A program made the position numbers and the translations under genes. Positions 25,401-38,944 of a stretch of DNA of 64,000 nucleotides are shown here, piece after piece. The notes beneath the pieces were generated by a model. It saw nothing but the letters and a program-made list of their open reading frames with translations. It was not told the origin of the DNA and did not search any database. Location: assembly GCA_009103225.1 (NCBI GenBank), contig RHPI01003762.1, positions 62,001 to 126,000 of the forward strand. Direction: 5' to 3'. The DNA is from Chlorokybus atmophyticus. Lineage: Eukaryota > Plantae > Mesostigma and Chlorokybus algae. How positions within the stretch are numbered: the first letter of the stretch is position 1; every line of letters begins with the position of its first letter.

Positions 25401-26490
25401 CCACATGTTTCCTAGTTGGCATGGACACGCATTGGCAGAAAGATGGAGACTGAGTTTGTTAGTTTTGCTGTGCATTTGTTTATAGCAACAAGCCATTAGC
25501 TGTTTCCTGGTGAAGACACTGTCTCACCTGCCAAGCATGCGCGTGCCTGCTCCCTACATTTTGCCTTGCGCGTGTACGTGTGCAACACTGGGGGTGCCCT
25601 ATGCCAAAGCGCTGGTGTGTACTGGGTAGGCAGCTACGTGTCTCTACCTCGATTGAGCTCTGAGCAACTGGGAAAGCTACTTGAATAATAAAGCGAATTA
25701 AGTTGGCCGTGCTGCATTGATGCAGTGTATGCACACATCATGTTCAGCGTTGTTATTATGGGGTCAATTGTTGTGGCTGCAGTGCTTTAAGCATCAACAT
25801 AACAGTGCATAGGGGATAGTAAAGCGTATGCTCAGCTCATATGACAATCACGCACACGCAAGCAATCGCACTTTGCACACTTGCACATGCACGCACTCGC
25901 ACACTTGCACACGCACATGCAGGGACATGCACACGCAGGCACAGGCGCACACAACGGCTGCAACATCCTCCCTACCCAATCAATGCATGGCGTGACCAGC
26001 TGATCGACTATGTAAGCAGATGCAGTCCAGAGCAGTGATGGGCGTGCTGTGCGGGGTGATGCGAGTGAGCTGTGAGGCTGTGCATTTTGGTGTGCTAGTC
26101 AGCAAGGTCGATATGACCAAACCCATGTACAAGCAACTCGCATTCACACCAGTCGCACATAAAGTTGCCCGACAATGTGCTGAGCCAATAGAGACTCGTG
26201 CATCTCTGTGACACTGGACATTACCTGCTTGCTTGAGCAATATCTCTTGGTACAATGCCTGAACTCGACTTCGAGTGCGGTGGCTACCTACATTGCATTT
26301 ACTTCGACTCTGCCGGATTTAGCCCATGGTGACTGCTTTGACCTAGTGTACACACTCAACAACACTGCTAGCACATCCTGTCAACACAACCATCCATCAT
26401 GGGCAGCAGAATGGATACAACTGCATCAGTCATACACCAGCAATCTTCTAGCACAAAACCACATCCTGATAGCACCGCTAGCAGCAAAAA

Positions 26491-29400
26491 CTAACTCTGA
26501 CTAACACCTGCTGCAGCATGGTTGGCCTGTTGTTGCTTTCGACGCATTTTGCGGAACGCCGGGGGCTTCACCGGCAGCAGCCAACGCAAAGAGTACTCAA
26601 TCATGTATGCCGCCACAAAGTCAAGGGCAGCCAACACCAACACCTTGTTGCGCAAGGCTGGAGGCAGAGGGACCAGCTCAAGCCAATCATTGAGCGGCCG
26701 GTGGATATCGGCCGCAAGCACCGAGAAGAACGCCGCGGCTGACACCAATGCCGCGAAGAAAGGCTTGTTCTCTGATATGCTGTTGTTGAACGGGTGGCCG
26801 ATGTAGTTGACGGCGAAGGTGGATACGGCGATGAGCATGTTGACAGTGTACGACACTGTGTTTACCAGGTTGGGGTGGAACTCCGTGTCCGGCTCCATGC
26901 ACATGTCTTGTGGCAGATACGATTGAGCACCTTGGACGGAGAGTATCAGAAAGGTCAGATGCACTGCGAACTGCCCGAGCAGCGAGAGAAACATGTACGG
27001 GGAGAAGATGTTGGGATGAGGGCGCTGCTTTGAGAGAGTGGGCAGGGGCTTGGAGTTGGAGATGAAAAGGAAGAACGCCGCCGTGAACACGCCTGCAATG
27101 GTCGCCTGTGTGTCGCCCAGCTTCACGCCATCCAGGTACATGACGCTGAGCATGTACGCACTGGAAAGGCAGTTCAAGCCAAGGATCTTGAACATCTGCA
27201 AGGTGGTGACCAGCGTGGAGCGCCCCTGTCGTATGATGTGCGTCACAGGCATCACTGATGAATGCTTTGCTGTGAAAGGGGAAGCCATTGAGGCGTCTCC
27301 AAGCTGCACCAGGGGCTTGTCTGCCTGCGCCATCTCTTCCTCCTTGTCTTTCAACCATTGCTGAAGCTTGTCCTGCGCCTGCTTGTGTTTGTCCATGGCT
27401 GTCGTAGCAGAAGCATTGCTCGCGCCATTCAACCTTCGCTGCCTCGGCTCTGCCAGTTGCTGCTGGTTGGAGTTCGCAAGCGCAGACCCGTCTTGTTGTG
27501 CTTTTGCTGAAGGCTTCTTTTTGGGTGGCGGGGCATTCAACAATGCAACACCCACGTTGGCCTGCTTCAGAGCTCCAACATCGTTTGTGCCGTCACCGCA
27601 CATGAGTGTTACCCGACCCGCTGCCTTCAGGGTGGTAATGATAACCTCCTTTTGCTCGGGCGACACACGCGCAAACACTTGCACATATGGCACAACATCA
27701 GCAAGGGCCCCGATGTTGTCAAGCATGGTCAGCCCGTCACCGGCCATGCACAAGTCAAAAGATGAAGCCACAGTTTCTATCTCTTCTTTCTGGAAGGGCA
27801 TGCGTTGGGTTTCATCTGGAGACAACCAATCAAACTCGGATGTTCTCCCTGGAGCCGCTGCAGCCGATGAAGCAGGGTGGCCTTGTGCCCGCTGAGTCAG
27901 CACCAACACGGGCCGTGAGACAATGTGGACTTTGGACGCGGCGTGGCAGGCAGTCAACGCCTGATCGCCCGTAATCATGACCAGATCGTGTGAAGAATTC
28001 TTCAGCATCTCCAGCGCTGCTGCTGAGTCCGGCTTCAGTGGACACGAGAACACCGCAAAGCCACCAAAACTGAGGTCGCGCTCGACCTCATCCCGGTCCA
28101 ACGCTTTGACCTCGCTCACAGTCTTGTCACCAATGCATCTGTACCCCAACGCAAGCACGCGCGCGCCCTGGCGCGTGAAGTACTTGTACGCGTCATCATA
28201 GCCTGCAGGCATGTGCTGCATGCGAAGGGCCAGCACCTCCGGCGCGCCTTTCACAAAGACCCACATGGCGTCGGCATTGTCCACACGGGCAATGACGGAC
28301 ATGCGCTTGAGCTGCGATGAGAAGTGGTGGCGATGGACTATCCTGATGGTGTTCTTCGAGGAACGCTTGCTGGCCACAACATCGCTGCCGGTGTAGACCC
28401 AACCCACTCCATGCAATGCAGCTTTCTCCAGAGGGTCTCCGACCTGCCGCACACACGTACAACACATGTTACACATGGCGGGCTGACATCACACGAACGC
28501 ATGGAGGCGCAACTTACCAGCTTTGTGTCAACTTGGACCAACGCATGGCAAGCTGCCAATGTGTATATAACAGGCTCAGATAGTACAGCTGGATCACTTT
28601 GCAACTCGGGCTTGTCTGCACCACTCACACCTTCAAACACCTGCATGACAAGGCATGCAGGTCAAGTGCCCGACAATAAAAGCAAGTACACATTGCACAA
28701 CCGGCCTCATACCATGTTATCACTAGTCAGCGTGCCGGTCTTGTCAAAACAGAGGGCGTCAACTTTGCCAGCATAGGGTATCCTGAATGGCTCTGTGCAG
28801 AAGATGCCGAGACGCGCCAGCGCAACCAGCGACGTGTTGACAGCTATCGACAGCTCCATCGGCAACTCTGGAGGAATGACAGAGGTGATGATCAACGAGC
28901 AGTTGAGCAGCAGCCTGTATCTGGAGCGGGTGGGATCCTCCAACCCCTGACAACAAACAAAATCATGTACATGAAGCTGACCAGACCACTACATGCACTT
29001 CAATGCAAGGATTCTAAAAACAGACCTTCACAAGCACATAGTATGCGGCCATGAGTGCAAAGATTAGCAGGAAAAGGATGAACAGCCCGCTCTCCAAGTT
29101 GTTCGCGCTCACGGTCTCCGTGGAGAAAAGAATCTTGCGCATGAGCTTCCCTTGGGTGGTGTCAAAACCAGTTCTGAGGACGACCGCAATGCACCCGCCA
29201 TCCGGGGCCTTCAATGGAGCGTCCTACCCACAGAGAGGTGCATGAGTAACCTTTCAGAAGCCTGGACAGAGCATCTGCACTCATGAAGTGAAGTCAACCT
29301 AAACGCACTTTGTCTGGGGTATGTTGCAGTATCTTTGTTCCTCCAAAGAGAACAGACAGCTTGTCGCGCTTTACATTTAGCACCTGACTGCGTAGGCCCA

Positions 29401-31376
29401 TATCTGATCCTGGAACCTGTTGACACAGCAACATCATTCAGCGTTAACACATACACATGCGCAAACAAACGCACAAAAACGCGCATACGCATGCAGGCAC
29501 AAACGGGGACAGATAGCAATACAGCTTAACGCTGAACTACCAACCTTCCACTGTGGGTGGGACTCCCCGGTGAGCAGTGCCTCATTGGCAATGCACGTGC
29601 CATACAACAGCAATGCATCCGCTGGCACAGTTCGCTCCTCGCTTCCCGCGCCAGCAAACCTGCCGATAGATATAACATCTCCGGGCAGCAGCTCCTCACC
29701 CTTCAACTTGACCCACCTGTACACATGATGCATGTGTTTACATGCAGTCAGCAGCAAACACACCAACCACAAAGAGGCATGCTAACTTACTTGCCGCCGC
29801 GCTGGATATGGAGCTCGGATGGGTCTGTCCGCACACGTCGCAGCTCCATGAGAGAGCGTTGACGGCTCTTGACGACTGTTGACTCAAACATCAACAGCAT
29901 CGCCAATGTGAACAGCGAGTACTGCCACATCTCGTCAAGACACCAAAGCCCAACACAGAAGACCTGCAAACGCCAGGAAAGAATGCACACAAGAACAGGC
30001 ATGTAAATGTAGACATGTAAGGCAGATGCAAGCAGGACCATGAACGCGCAACAAACCGCAATGCCATGACTAGGTAGTTGCTGATGCACACCTGAAACAC
30101 AAAGAATGGTGCTGTGCACTGCTGCTTGAACAGCTCCCAGAACGTTGGCAGGGGAAATATAAACCTGCGGCGGGAACAGTAATGAAGTGCAAACCAGAAC
30201 AAGCCCGATAATAAATGGTACTGACAAGTTGTTACCAAGACGGTGCTTGTTTCTGTACCCGTTACACAACAGTGGACTACGACATATTATAAAACTAAGC
30301 TGGCAAACTATGCTTATCTTTGTCAAGCAGAGACACTTACTTGTTGAGACCCCATCTTTCGCGCGCTGCCTGCACTTTGGCGTCCGTCCCATACCCGGAG
30401 CACGCAAAGTAGCTGCTGATTGGCTCCTTTGTTGGGAACTGCAGCTTGCGGAATGTGTCTCCTTCCAGAATGAACTGCTGCTTCCTGAACTCAAAACTTA
30501 CTTCCACTGCAGTGCCAGCGACCTCCTTGTCCTTCGGCTTCTGGTGTGGTAAGAGGCCTGAACTACCGGCGGCCTGACATAGCATGAGACAAGCGATGAG
30601 TCAAGGAGTGAAGTTGGGTCAGACAACATGCGTGCTTGGCAGATGACTGAGTGACTCACCTTGACTCGCTGCTCTAATTGCACTACTTGCTTTGAGCCTG
30701 CGAATGCTGCAGGTATGACCTTGCAAAACCTGGCAGCCAATGGGTCGTCCTCCTGTCCAGAAGATAATGGTAATGAGAATGATAAGGACAATTAACAAAG
30801 TAGTAGGCTACAACACAGGACTTGCCATTCATCAATGACAGACAGTCCAAAGCATTGCGCTCTGTACTGTATGCACGAGGTATTAATGACAATGTGCAAT
30901 TGCAGCAACTCAGCAGCGACACCAACTTCTTCAACTGAATCTGTGCTTCTGAGTATGAAACATAAAAGTGCTATACACACATGCAGCACGCCACTGTGTA
31001 GTTTAATCATCATCGTAGTGTCATAAGTGCTCGCTGCGAATCAGTGGCAGCAGCATGCACTCACTTGATTGCATGCATGCAAGGCCGGGCCTGCACTTCG
31101 TCCACTCTGTTGCTCAGTGCAAGTGCCAGCATTCACCTTTTGAAAATGGGCGAAGCAGCGGAATGTGGTTGACCAGAAGGTGAAGAGGAAGGTGAGGGCG
31201 TGGAGGGAGACGGCGGCGGCAGCGACAATAAGCGCGTCTGCGACGGGGAGCTCCCAGCCGACCACGGCGACGCCGGCGTACAATAGGTAGAACGGCCAAA
31301 CGTCCAGCCGCCTCCACGACGGCAGCAGCTTGTACAGCTCCACCCTCCTCAAACCCTTTGCAGACACCTTCACCAT
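26491..31376 (-). CDS. ATP13A1: P5A-type ATPase (ER transmembrane-helix dislocase; SPF1/ATP13A1/PDR2 orthologue)
   Basis: [13 protein letters not shown]; [15 protein letters not shown]; [17 protein letters not shown]; [14 protein letters not shown] (P5A PPELP); CFDKTGTLT phosphorylation site; FVKGAPE; [10 protein letters not shown]; [15 protein letters not shown]; [11 protein letters not shown]. Confidence 0.96.
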
Positions 31377-34300
31377 GATGACAACGACACTAATAACACT
31401 GCGCAACCACGCTTCTTTGCTGTTGCTGCTACCAAATTCTCCTCTAACCCCTCAGTCCATGCAGCTTACTACTGCGACATGCTGCTCGCCATCCACCTGG
31501 AGACTCTGTCAATCTCAAAACACGCTGTTCTTCTCCTGATCATCATCCTCCGCCGCCGCCGCGTTCTCTGCCGCCGCCGCCCACTTGAACTTCAGCGCTA
31601 AGCGTGTAAGGAATATTGCCTGCCCTCGACATAAGAGCAGGAGCTATGCTGCTCCTGCAATAAGGGTTAAACCAGAATGGTCGACTGTCGATGGAGCCCC
31701 TGCCTACAGTCGGGCTATCAGCGGCCATTGTACACCGACTGTCGGTGCCTAAAGCAGCGATGTCAATGGACAGGTTATTATATGCTGCCCTCGCTGTAAG
31801 AGCAAGTGCTCGTGTAAGTTATAAGCAAAAGCTATAAGCTACCGGTATTACAGGTGCTCTAGCTCTTATGCTGAGATACATTTGCCTATGCGTGTCATGT
31901 CTGTATAACTTTGCTCTTGTCACATGGAGTTTGGTTGAGGGTCAATGTAGCAAAGATTGCCTGCTCTCAGACTTGGAGGGCACGCTGTGATAGTTGGATA
32001 TAATGCCGTTCCGTATGTTTATGTACGAATTGCGCATTACTTATATTTTACAAATGTGACTAATAGATATTACAATTGTTTACAGAGTACATAAAGCTTT
32101 TTATATGGTTAAAGTATTGAAACTATGAATACTATAATGCATACTATAAAATATAAACGATCTTAATTTATTACATAAATATTCTCGTGTATAATATCAT
32201 ATAACATGTCATACGCGATGTATATGTAATATAATGTAATATATTTTATAGTATTTACATATAAGAATATGCATACAATCAGTATTGCTAATGCAATTAC
32301 ATGCAATGCCGCATGCAGTTGCATTTCTTCTTAACAATGTTGGTAATGATAGATACAAGTGTAGTCAACTGCTTTAGCAATCAATACCCCTAACCTTAAT
32401 CCCAAAATTGTTTGGTAGCTTAGTCGGCACCAGTAAGTCTGTTGAGCGGCGCACGACAAAATTGCAATTGTACTTATAACACAACGCCAATTCATGGTTA
32501 TTAAATAAGCAGTTGAACTTGTTCATCTTTAATGCAACAAGTTATAATTCGTAAACGGCTCATAGAAAAAAAACAAAAATTTAATCAACTATTTCTGATG
32601 CAAAGATGTGTACAACTGTGTTAAAGTTAAATGACTTGCTAAGCTGGCATGTGAAGCGAAACATTGTACATATATGTAGCGTAAAATTTGACTGCAATCA
32701 TTATTTGCAACCAAAAAGTGCTCATAAACATTGTTTATTACTGAGTGTCGACTTGTATAATCTTGCAAATAATAACACACTACAAAACACAACCCAGCCG
32801 TTTTGTACACAGTGTAGTGTCCTATTACATTTTAAAGCGTTGCACATGCCGTGAACGCATTGCATTCATTGTTTGATAATTCATAAACTGCATCAACATC
32901 CAAAAGTAATTTACAATTCCGTCGTTGTGTGCAATTTATGTAAATGTAACAATGTGAAGCATCTCATGCGAAAAAGTTACAATAACACTGCTAGCGATGC
33001 CGTATTAAGCTGTTTATTGCATCAGATGTTTATGGTTTGACATCAAACGGTTTGTAATAATTACGCTCACCGCAATAATTACGCTCACCGCACCCAGCCC
33101 CTGGATCCAACGGGCTTACCGCGCTTTCGCGACGAGCGACGCGCGTACGTGACGTGACGGCGACGACGACGACGGCGACGACGAGCGGTCGTGAACTCGG
33201 ACGCTGACCGCGCGTCGAGACGAGTGACGCGCGTAGCGTCGTTTATAGACTACCACGGGACTAAAGTATGCCGTTGATTTAAGGTGCTTTCCCATGCTGC
33301 CCCCCTGTATCTAATGGCTGCTCTTTGCGCCACGAGACGCTCGCCAAAGCATCGTAGCAATGACTGGCAAAGCCAGCCAGTCGGCCAAAAAGCCAACCAT
33401 ATTATTGTCAATAATACACCCCAACCACCGAAGCCCCCATTACACGACATTAAATACAGCGAGCTTGCGGTAAGCATAATTTGCAACTCGCTACGACGTT
33501 ATGAAAGGGCTGCCAGCTTGAGTCCCATCTGATGCCTAAATTTGCAACAACAGATCGCCATCTCGCAAATATCCTGGGTGAGACGTTACAAGACAGTGTA
33601 CGTCAATCCGCTAGTACGATGGATTGCCAAATCTTAACGCTCAACGCACGTTTCTACGCACTGCAACTTTACCACTGAGAGCTTGACCCTGCGCGGCGCT
33701 AGTGATGTAGGATTACGCCGTAAGGCAAGGTCACCGTAGTAATTTAGGGGGCGTAAGTACAGCGTTACGGCGTAAAACCGTCACACTTGGCGGCGCAGGG
33801 CAGGGTAAAGTGTGCAATGTTTGCAATGCGCAAGGCACACATTGTACAGGGACACACATGACACGTCGACATTGCCCTGATTGTGCCGCAACGCTGCGAG
33901 AAATACAGACTCCGACAACAGACGCCGAACTTGCTTGCGCAGCGAGACTCACGCGCTGCCTTCAGTAGCAACAGGTGCAGGTGCACAAGTACTCCTTGCC
34001 AAGGAGGGCTGCGCAGATTAACGTTGGTTTCTCGAAGTTGCGTGCGTGCGTGCGTGCGTGCAGACATACACATTTAATAAATACATGCATACACACATAT
34101 ATACATGCGTGTCTATGTGCATGCACATGTTCATACACAGTTACGTACACTGTACGTGCGTGGCATGCACATTCGATGGGTTAGAGAGAGTAAAGGAGAG
34201 AGTGCGGGGCTTAGCATAATAATTGAATGCGTCGCCAAGCACAAAGCCGACAAATAACTTTGCACAAGTGCACTTTCATTTTCACTGCACATGTGTATAC

Positions 34301-34866
34301 ATTATGTTTGTGTGTACGTGCGCATGTGTATACTACACAATGGTATCGTACGCTTCAAGATGCTAGACGCATGCAATGTGTTGCTAATCACACATTGTTA
34401 CATGCACATAGTCATCAAATTCACATGTAGCTACTCAAAACCATGCTAGCACCGTGCTCCATTATATATGGTAGTGTATATATACTCACTACCATAGTAG
34501 TGTATGTACTCACTATTATAGTATATATACCCACCACTTTACTGCCCACTCCGTTAGACATGCATGCGGACGAAACGTGTCAGGAGGAAGACGTGTGCCC
34601 TACAGTGCTTTAACTTAATGCCCACAATTATGCGTGTGTCAATGCAGAATCGCATGCATGCATGCATGCATGTTGACCTTGCGCCTCCCACGAGTGCATG
34701 TTGATGCATATGCGAAAATCTTGTCACAGATTTTGGGCCTACTATACTCATAAGGAATTATAACATATGTGTGTGTGTGTTGTTGTTATACATATGGATA
34801 AGTATATATAACATTATTGCATATACCGACGTGCCATATATGTATATGTATATATACATGTATATA

Positions 34867-34870
<4 letters not shown>

Positions 34871-34917
<47 letters not shown>
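34871..34917. repeat. Pure (TG)n microsatellite
   Basis: About 23 uninterrupted TG units seen directly. Confidence 0.95.
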
Positions 34918-34918
<1 letters not shown>

Positions 34919-36969
34919 TGTGTGTTGTTGTTATACATGTGGATATGTAGATGTGACATTAATGCATGTACCCAAGTGCCACGAAAATCTGCCAAAACTT
35001 ACTCTGCAAAGACACTTCATACAAATGTTTACCATCTTCTCGGCGGCTTTACCTATGCAGGTTAATGAGTATAGTCGAATGCATAGATGGACAGGGTTCT
35101 GACAAAGATATTTCTGATTTTAACGGGGCTTTCCCACACATGTTTGCGATGTCCTTACCGGTACCTTTCGGTGGGGACTCCCCAGTGGGGAGGCACTGTG
35201 CTAAGGCATTTAGATGAGGCCGAAGCGCAGTGAAGTGTAGGCCTAGCGGTGGAGTGCGGTCAGCCCCTCAGCGCTTTCAGAGGCTTTTTGCTGACACGTG
35301 CAATGCGAAAGAAGTCACCGTTTATTGGTGCGCAGCAGGTGCTGACTGTCTTCATGAAGTAAAGCTGTAAGATGCAATAATCGCTGCACATGCATAGATT
35401 CAAGTCACGTTGGTCTGGTTGTAGCCGGTGTATAGGACCGAGACAGTTACACTGATGTGTTATAAGGAACTTGACAATTAGGGTATATTGTACTACTGTC
35501 AGGTGCGTGGGTTGTAAGTAGGTACATGTGCAACGACACAGATGCAAGTACATATATGCATCCGTACAAAGTGTACTTCACTGTAGTGTACTAGTCAGAG
35601 CAATCATATAAGTACATTGCCAGTACCTTGAGGATGCTGATTTAAGAGCCGTACTATACTTCAACTTGGGGTCAACCGTGGGTACGGCCCTTTGCGCCGC
35701 AAATAGCGTTCTAAGTTTGACTGATACGACTCCTGACATTGGATTTGTGACAATCATGATCGATCGCACATGCACAAGGATCATAGGCCGCGTACTCCGT
35801 ACCCGACACATGCGTTGCGCTGCTCGACATGTTGTTCAAATGTTCAATCCACATGCTGGTAATATATTTCAAGCATTATCGCATTAAGGTGAGGACCACG
35901 CCGTGGGGTTGCTTGCATCAAGCTCCGCAACCTCAACTCTCAAAGACATGCATAACTCATGCAGCATGAGCGCCTGCCACGTCGGTATTGATAAGAACAT
36001 CACGACGTAATGACGAGCGGGGCTTGATGCCCTTCCATCGCTGTGTCGGAGCTTCGCGGCAGTCAGAGCGGTGCGTTTCTGACAGCTGCGCTGGAAGTAC
36101 GAGTTTTTAATGATCGTGCAATGGGCATAGGTAGATGACAGCCAATCATCCCCTGCCGGCCAAATCGCTTCACCACAGTCAAGGGCCGTTGGCTGCTCAA
36201 CCGTGCAAGAAATTCTATTGAGTGTAGGGTGCGAAGTTAGGCATGGGGTGAGATTCTGATGCATGATGGCAGAAGGAAATCCTCCTGCGTAACAGTGCAT
36301 CTGTTTGATTGACTGTCCGACACAGCGTTGGCAGGGCGGATCGCCTGCGTGGTGTGGTGTGGTACGGGAAGCGGCGGCCGAGGCGGCGCGCAGAAACGTT
36401 GAACTGATAAACACACGTTGAACAGACTTTCCTCGTCGCCCTTTTTCGGTCTTCCGCGACTGGGCCGCACCAGGCGAAGCTGTTTCTGACACGCGACCGG
36501 AACCGCACAAAGCCTCTTAGGGCCGTATAGGCAGGCGCTGTCGCCGCCGCCAGTGTGGTACGGGCTTTGATTACTTCTCAAGCGAAGATCAGTTTACGTT
36601 TACCGGGGGCCGAAGGTTAATTGTGAGGCAAAAGGTGAAACAGCCATCCGCGGCTGAGTTCGTTCTCAGTTCGCCGCAGGCTGGAACTCAGCTCGCATCA
36701 TCACCTAGCAGGTTGCTTAGCTTGGATAGCTTGTTCTCTGGCTCGGCATAGTTACAGCAGGCTGCCTGTGTGTACGCGGCGGTAGAGGAGGCGGCGGCGA
36801 AGCGAGTCTAGGCAGAAGCCTCTGGGTTGCTTGTGGGGTGGGCGGCGGCTGGGCACGAGGCACACGCGGCGAGGGCAAGGGTTCTGAAGTCGTGAGGGTC
36901 GTGTCTCAGCGTCTGCTGGTTTGTGGTCGGGGAGCGAAGGGTTTGTCGCTGCTGGTGGAGGAGGCGAGG

Positions 36970-38320
36970 ATGGAGGCGGTCAGGGAGATGGGCGGCGTCG
37001 TCCGGCCTAGTGCCAAGCGGGAGAGGGCCCGCTCGGAAACCCCTGACCTGGAAGACTTGCCGGCTGCCTGCAGGGTCAAGCTGGGCGTGGAAGGCTCGGC
37101 AACCGGCCTGGAGGACTGCAGCAGCAGACCGGCGGTGGGGGTGGAGACGCCCTCGCCCTCCGTCGGCGGTGTCTCGTTTATGTCCAACGCGCCCCTAAGA
37201 ACGAGGATGCCTCAGCTGAAGCTGTTCGGTGTCAACCTGTCCCTGTCCCTGGCCACCACAACACCCACGGAGGTGCTGGCCACAGGCGGCGCCGCTTCAG
37301 CCTTCAGACCACCCGTGCTGCCATCGATTGCCCCCTCCAAGTTTAGCTCCAAGCCGACGTCTCCGCCTACCGCCGCTCCTGCTGCCCCTGGCGCCCCCAC
37401 CTCTCCCGACCGGGCAACCTCGTACAGCCACAATGGCGAGGACGACTCTCAAGTAAGCTCACTGCACTCTTTTCAGTACCTTGCTTTCTGGCTTGCCGTT
37501 CCAGCTCTGTACTCCTCAGAATCTCTGGTTGCCACGGAAACTGAAACCCTGTTCTGCCAGACTACCAGCTCCGCTAGGGTTACCGCCAAGGACGAGGCGA
37601 TTGTGGAGGATGCTGGCGAGGCCGATGATAACGGCGCCCGCACCTATCCCTGCACATATTGTGGGAAGCGGTTTCTGTCCAGTCAGGCCCTGGGCGGTCA
37701 TCAAAACGCCCACAAACGCGAGCGCGCTCGTGTCAAATGCCTGCAGTTTGCTCGGAAGCAGGCTTCAGTGCACCCCTCCCAGGTGCGACTCCCACTCCTG
37801 TGCATTCTTTGGTTTTGCATCTAGAACTATTCCCTGCACTTCCCCCTGTGCTGTTCGGAAGGTGGTATCCCCTGTTTCAAGGCTTTGTGTTCTGGCTTGT
37901 TATTGGCATTGGCATTCTCTCATGGTGTGTTGCCTGCAGGGTGTTTCAAGGCTCTATGAAAATGCACGAGGCAACGTGGAGCTGCCGGCACAGCTTGCCT
38001 ATGAGCTCGCTAGCTTGCATCCAGCATTTCAGCAAATGTACTCAGCTTACAGCCCGCTCAGTGGTCTCAATCCAGCATACAGCCCTGCATTCGGCAGCCC
38101 CTTCCAGCATCCGTCCATGGCCAACCAACTTCTTCGCGAGCTGCCTCCTGCGGACATTTCGTACTTCACGGCGCTTGCCTCCCAAGCCCTTGCCTCCCGC
38201 AATGGGATGCCTCAACAACAATTACCTGCCTCCCTGCCTCCCTCTCACGGTGCTCCCTCTGCTAGCGCGGCTGATGCCTTCCGGTTGCAGCTCACTGGGT
38301 GGCCGGCGCCACCTTCGTAG
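36970..38320 (+). CDS. Single-finger QALGGH-type C2H2 zinc-finger transcription factor (ZFP/GIS-like) with KLFGV repression motif
   Basis: [29 protein letters not shown]; N-terminal LKLFGVNL; probable exons 36970-37452, 37561-37782, 37941-38320 joined in phase 0. Confidence 0.88.
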
Positions 38321-38944
38321 AGTGGGGGCGAACAAAGTTAATTCAAGCGTACACTGTATATTTGCCATTAATGGCTGCCGATGTCTCCACACTCCATGTC
38401 GGGACGTAGGCGCATGCGATGGGTAACAATGAACTCCTGGTCTGGTTGGCGACGAGTAAGACGTCCGTGCTTGCGCACGTTGATGGATACCTTATTGCTA
38501 CAGATGGTCAGGTGGCACCTACAGTTTTCTGGAGTTTCTTTCCATACTTATCGTGCTGTGTGTGCGCACTGTTTATCCCCTGACAAGCAGGCTTTATTGC
38601 GCCGAACGCAGCAAAGTGCAACTCCAGTTAAGCATCATTGTGACATCAAAGCTTGCGCCGGGAATAGCTAAATTTCCACCTAGCTTATCCTAGGCACAGC
38701 TGGTGGGGTTGCACCAGCCACGCCCACGGCCGAGATGCTCCTGCCCTGTACTTCGCCTGTTAGTATATTGTGGTATACATATTGTTCTAATTAAGCAGAA
38801 GTAGTGGCTATCTAGCTAACAGTTTTGGTATTGTAATTGAAGTTTCCTTGAGTTGCTGGTACAATTGGCCATGCTGTATGTGTCCTTTCATTGTTGGACC
38901 GCTGTTGCTGTGCTGCTGGTTAGGAGCAGCGTTAGGCTGGTAGT

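Noticed and set aside
32385-32405. CCCCTAACCTTAATCCC, telomere-like
   Set aside because: Only about one good unit, so not an interstitial telomeric array or telomerase template.
33105-33120. CAACGGGCTTAC resembling the 3' conserved region of RNase MRP RNA
   Set aside because: No upstream GGAAAGTCCCCGG-type motif in the preceding AT-rich DNA; better read as a minus-strand splice donor.
35160-35330. GTGGGGAC and CATTTAGATG words recalling plant 7SL RNA
   Set aside because: The SRP helix-8 motif and overall colinearity are absent; short coincidental matches.
35884-36510. 208-aa minus-strand ORF divergent from the zinc-finger gene
   Set aside because: Non-ATG start, no recognisable motif and no supporting exon structure; probably promoter-flanking sequence.
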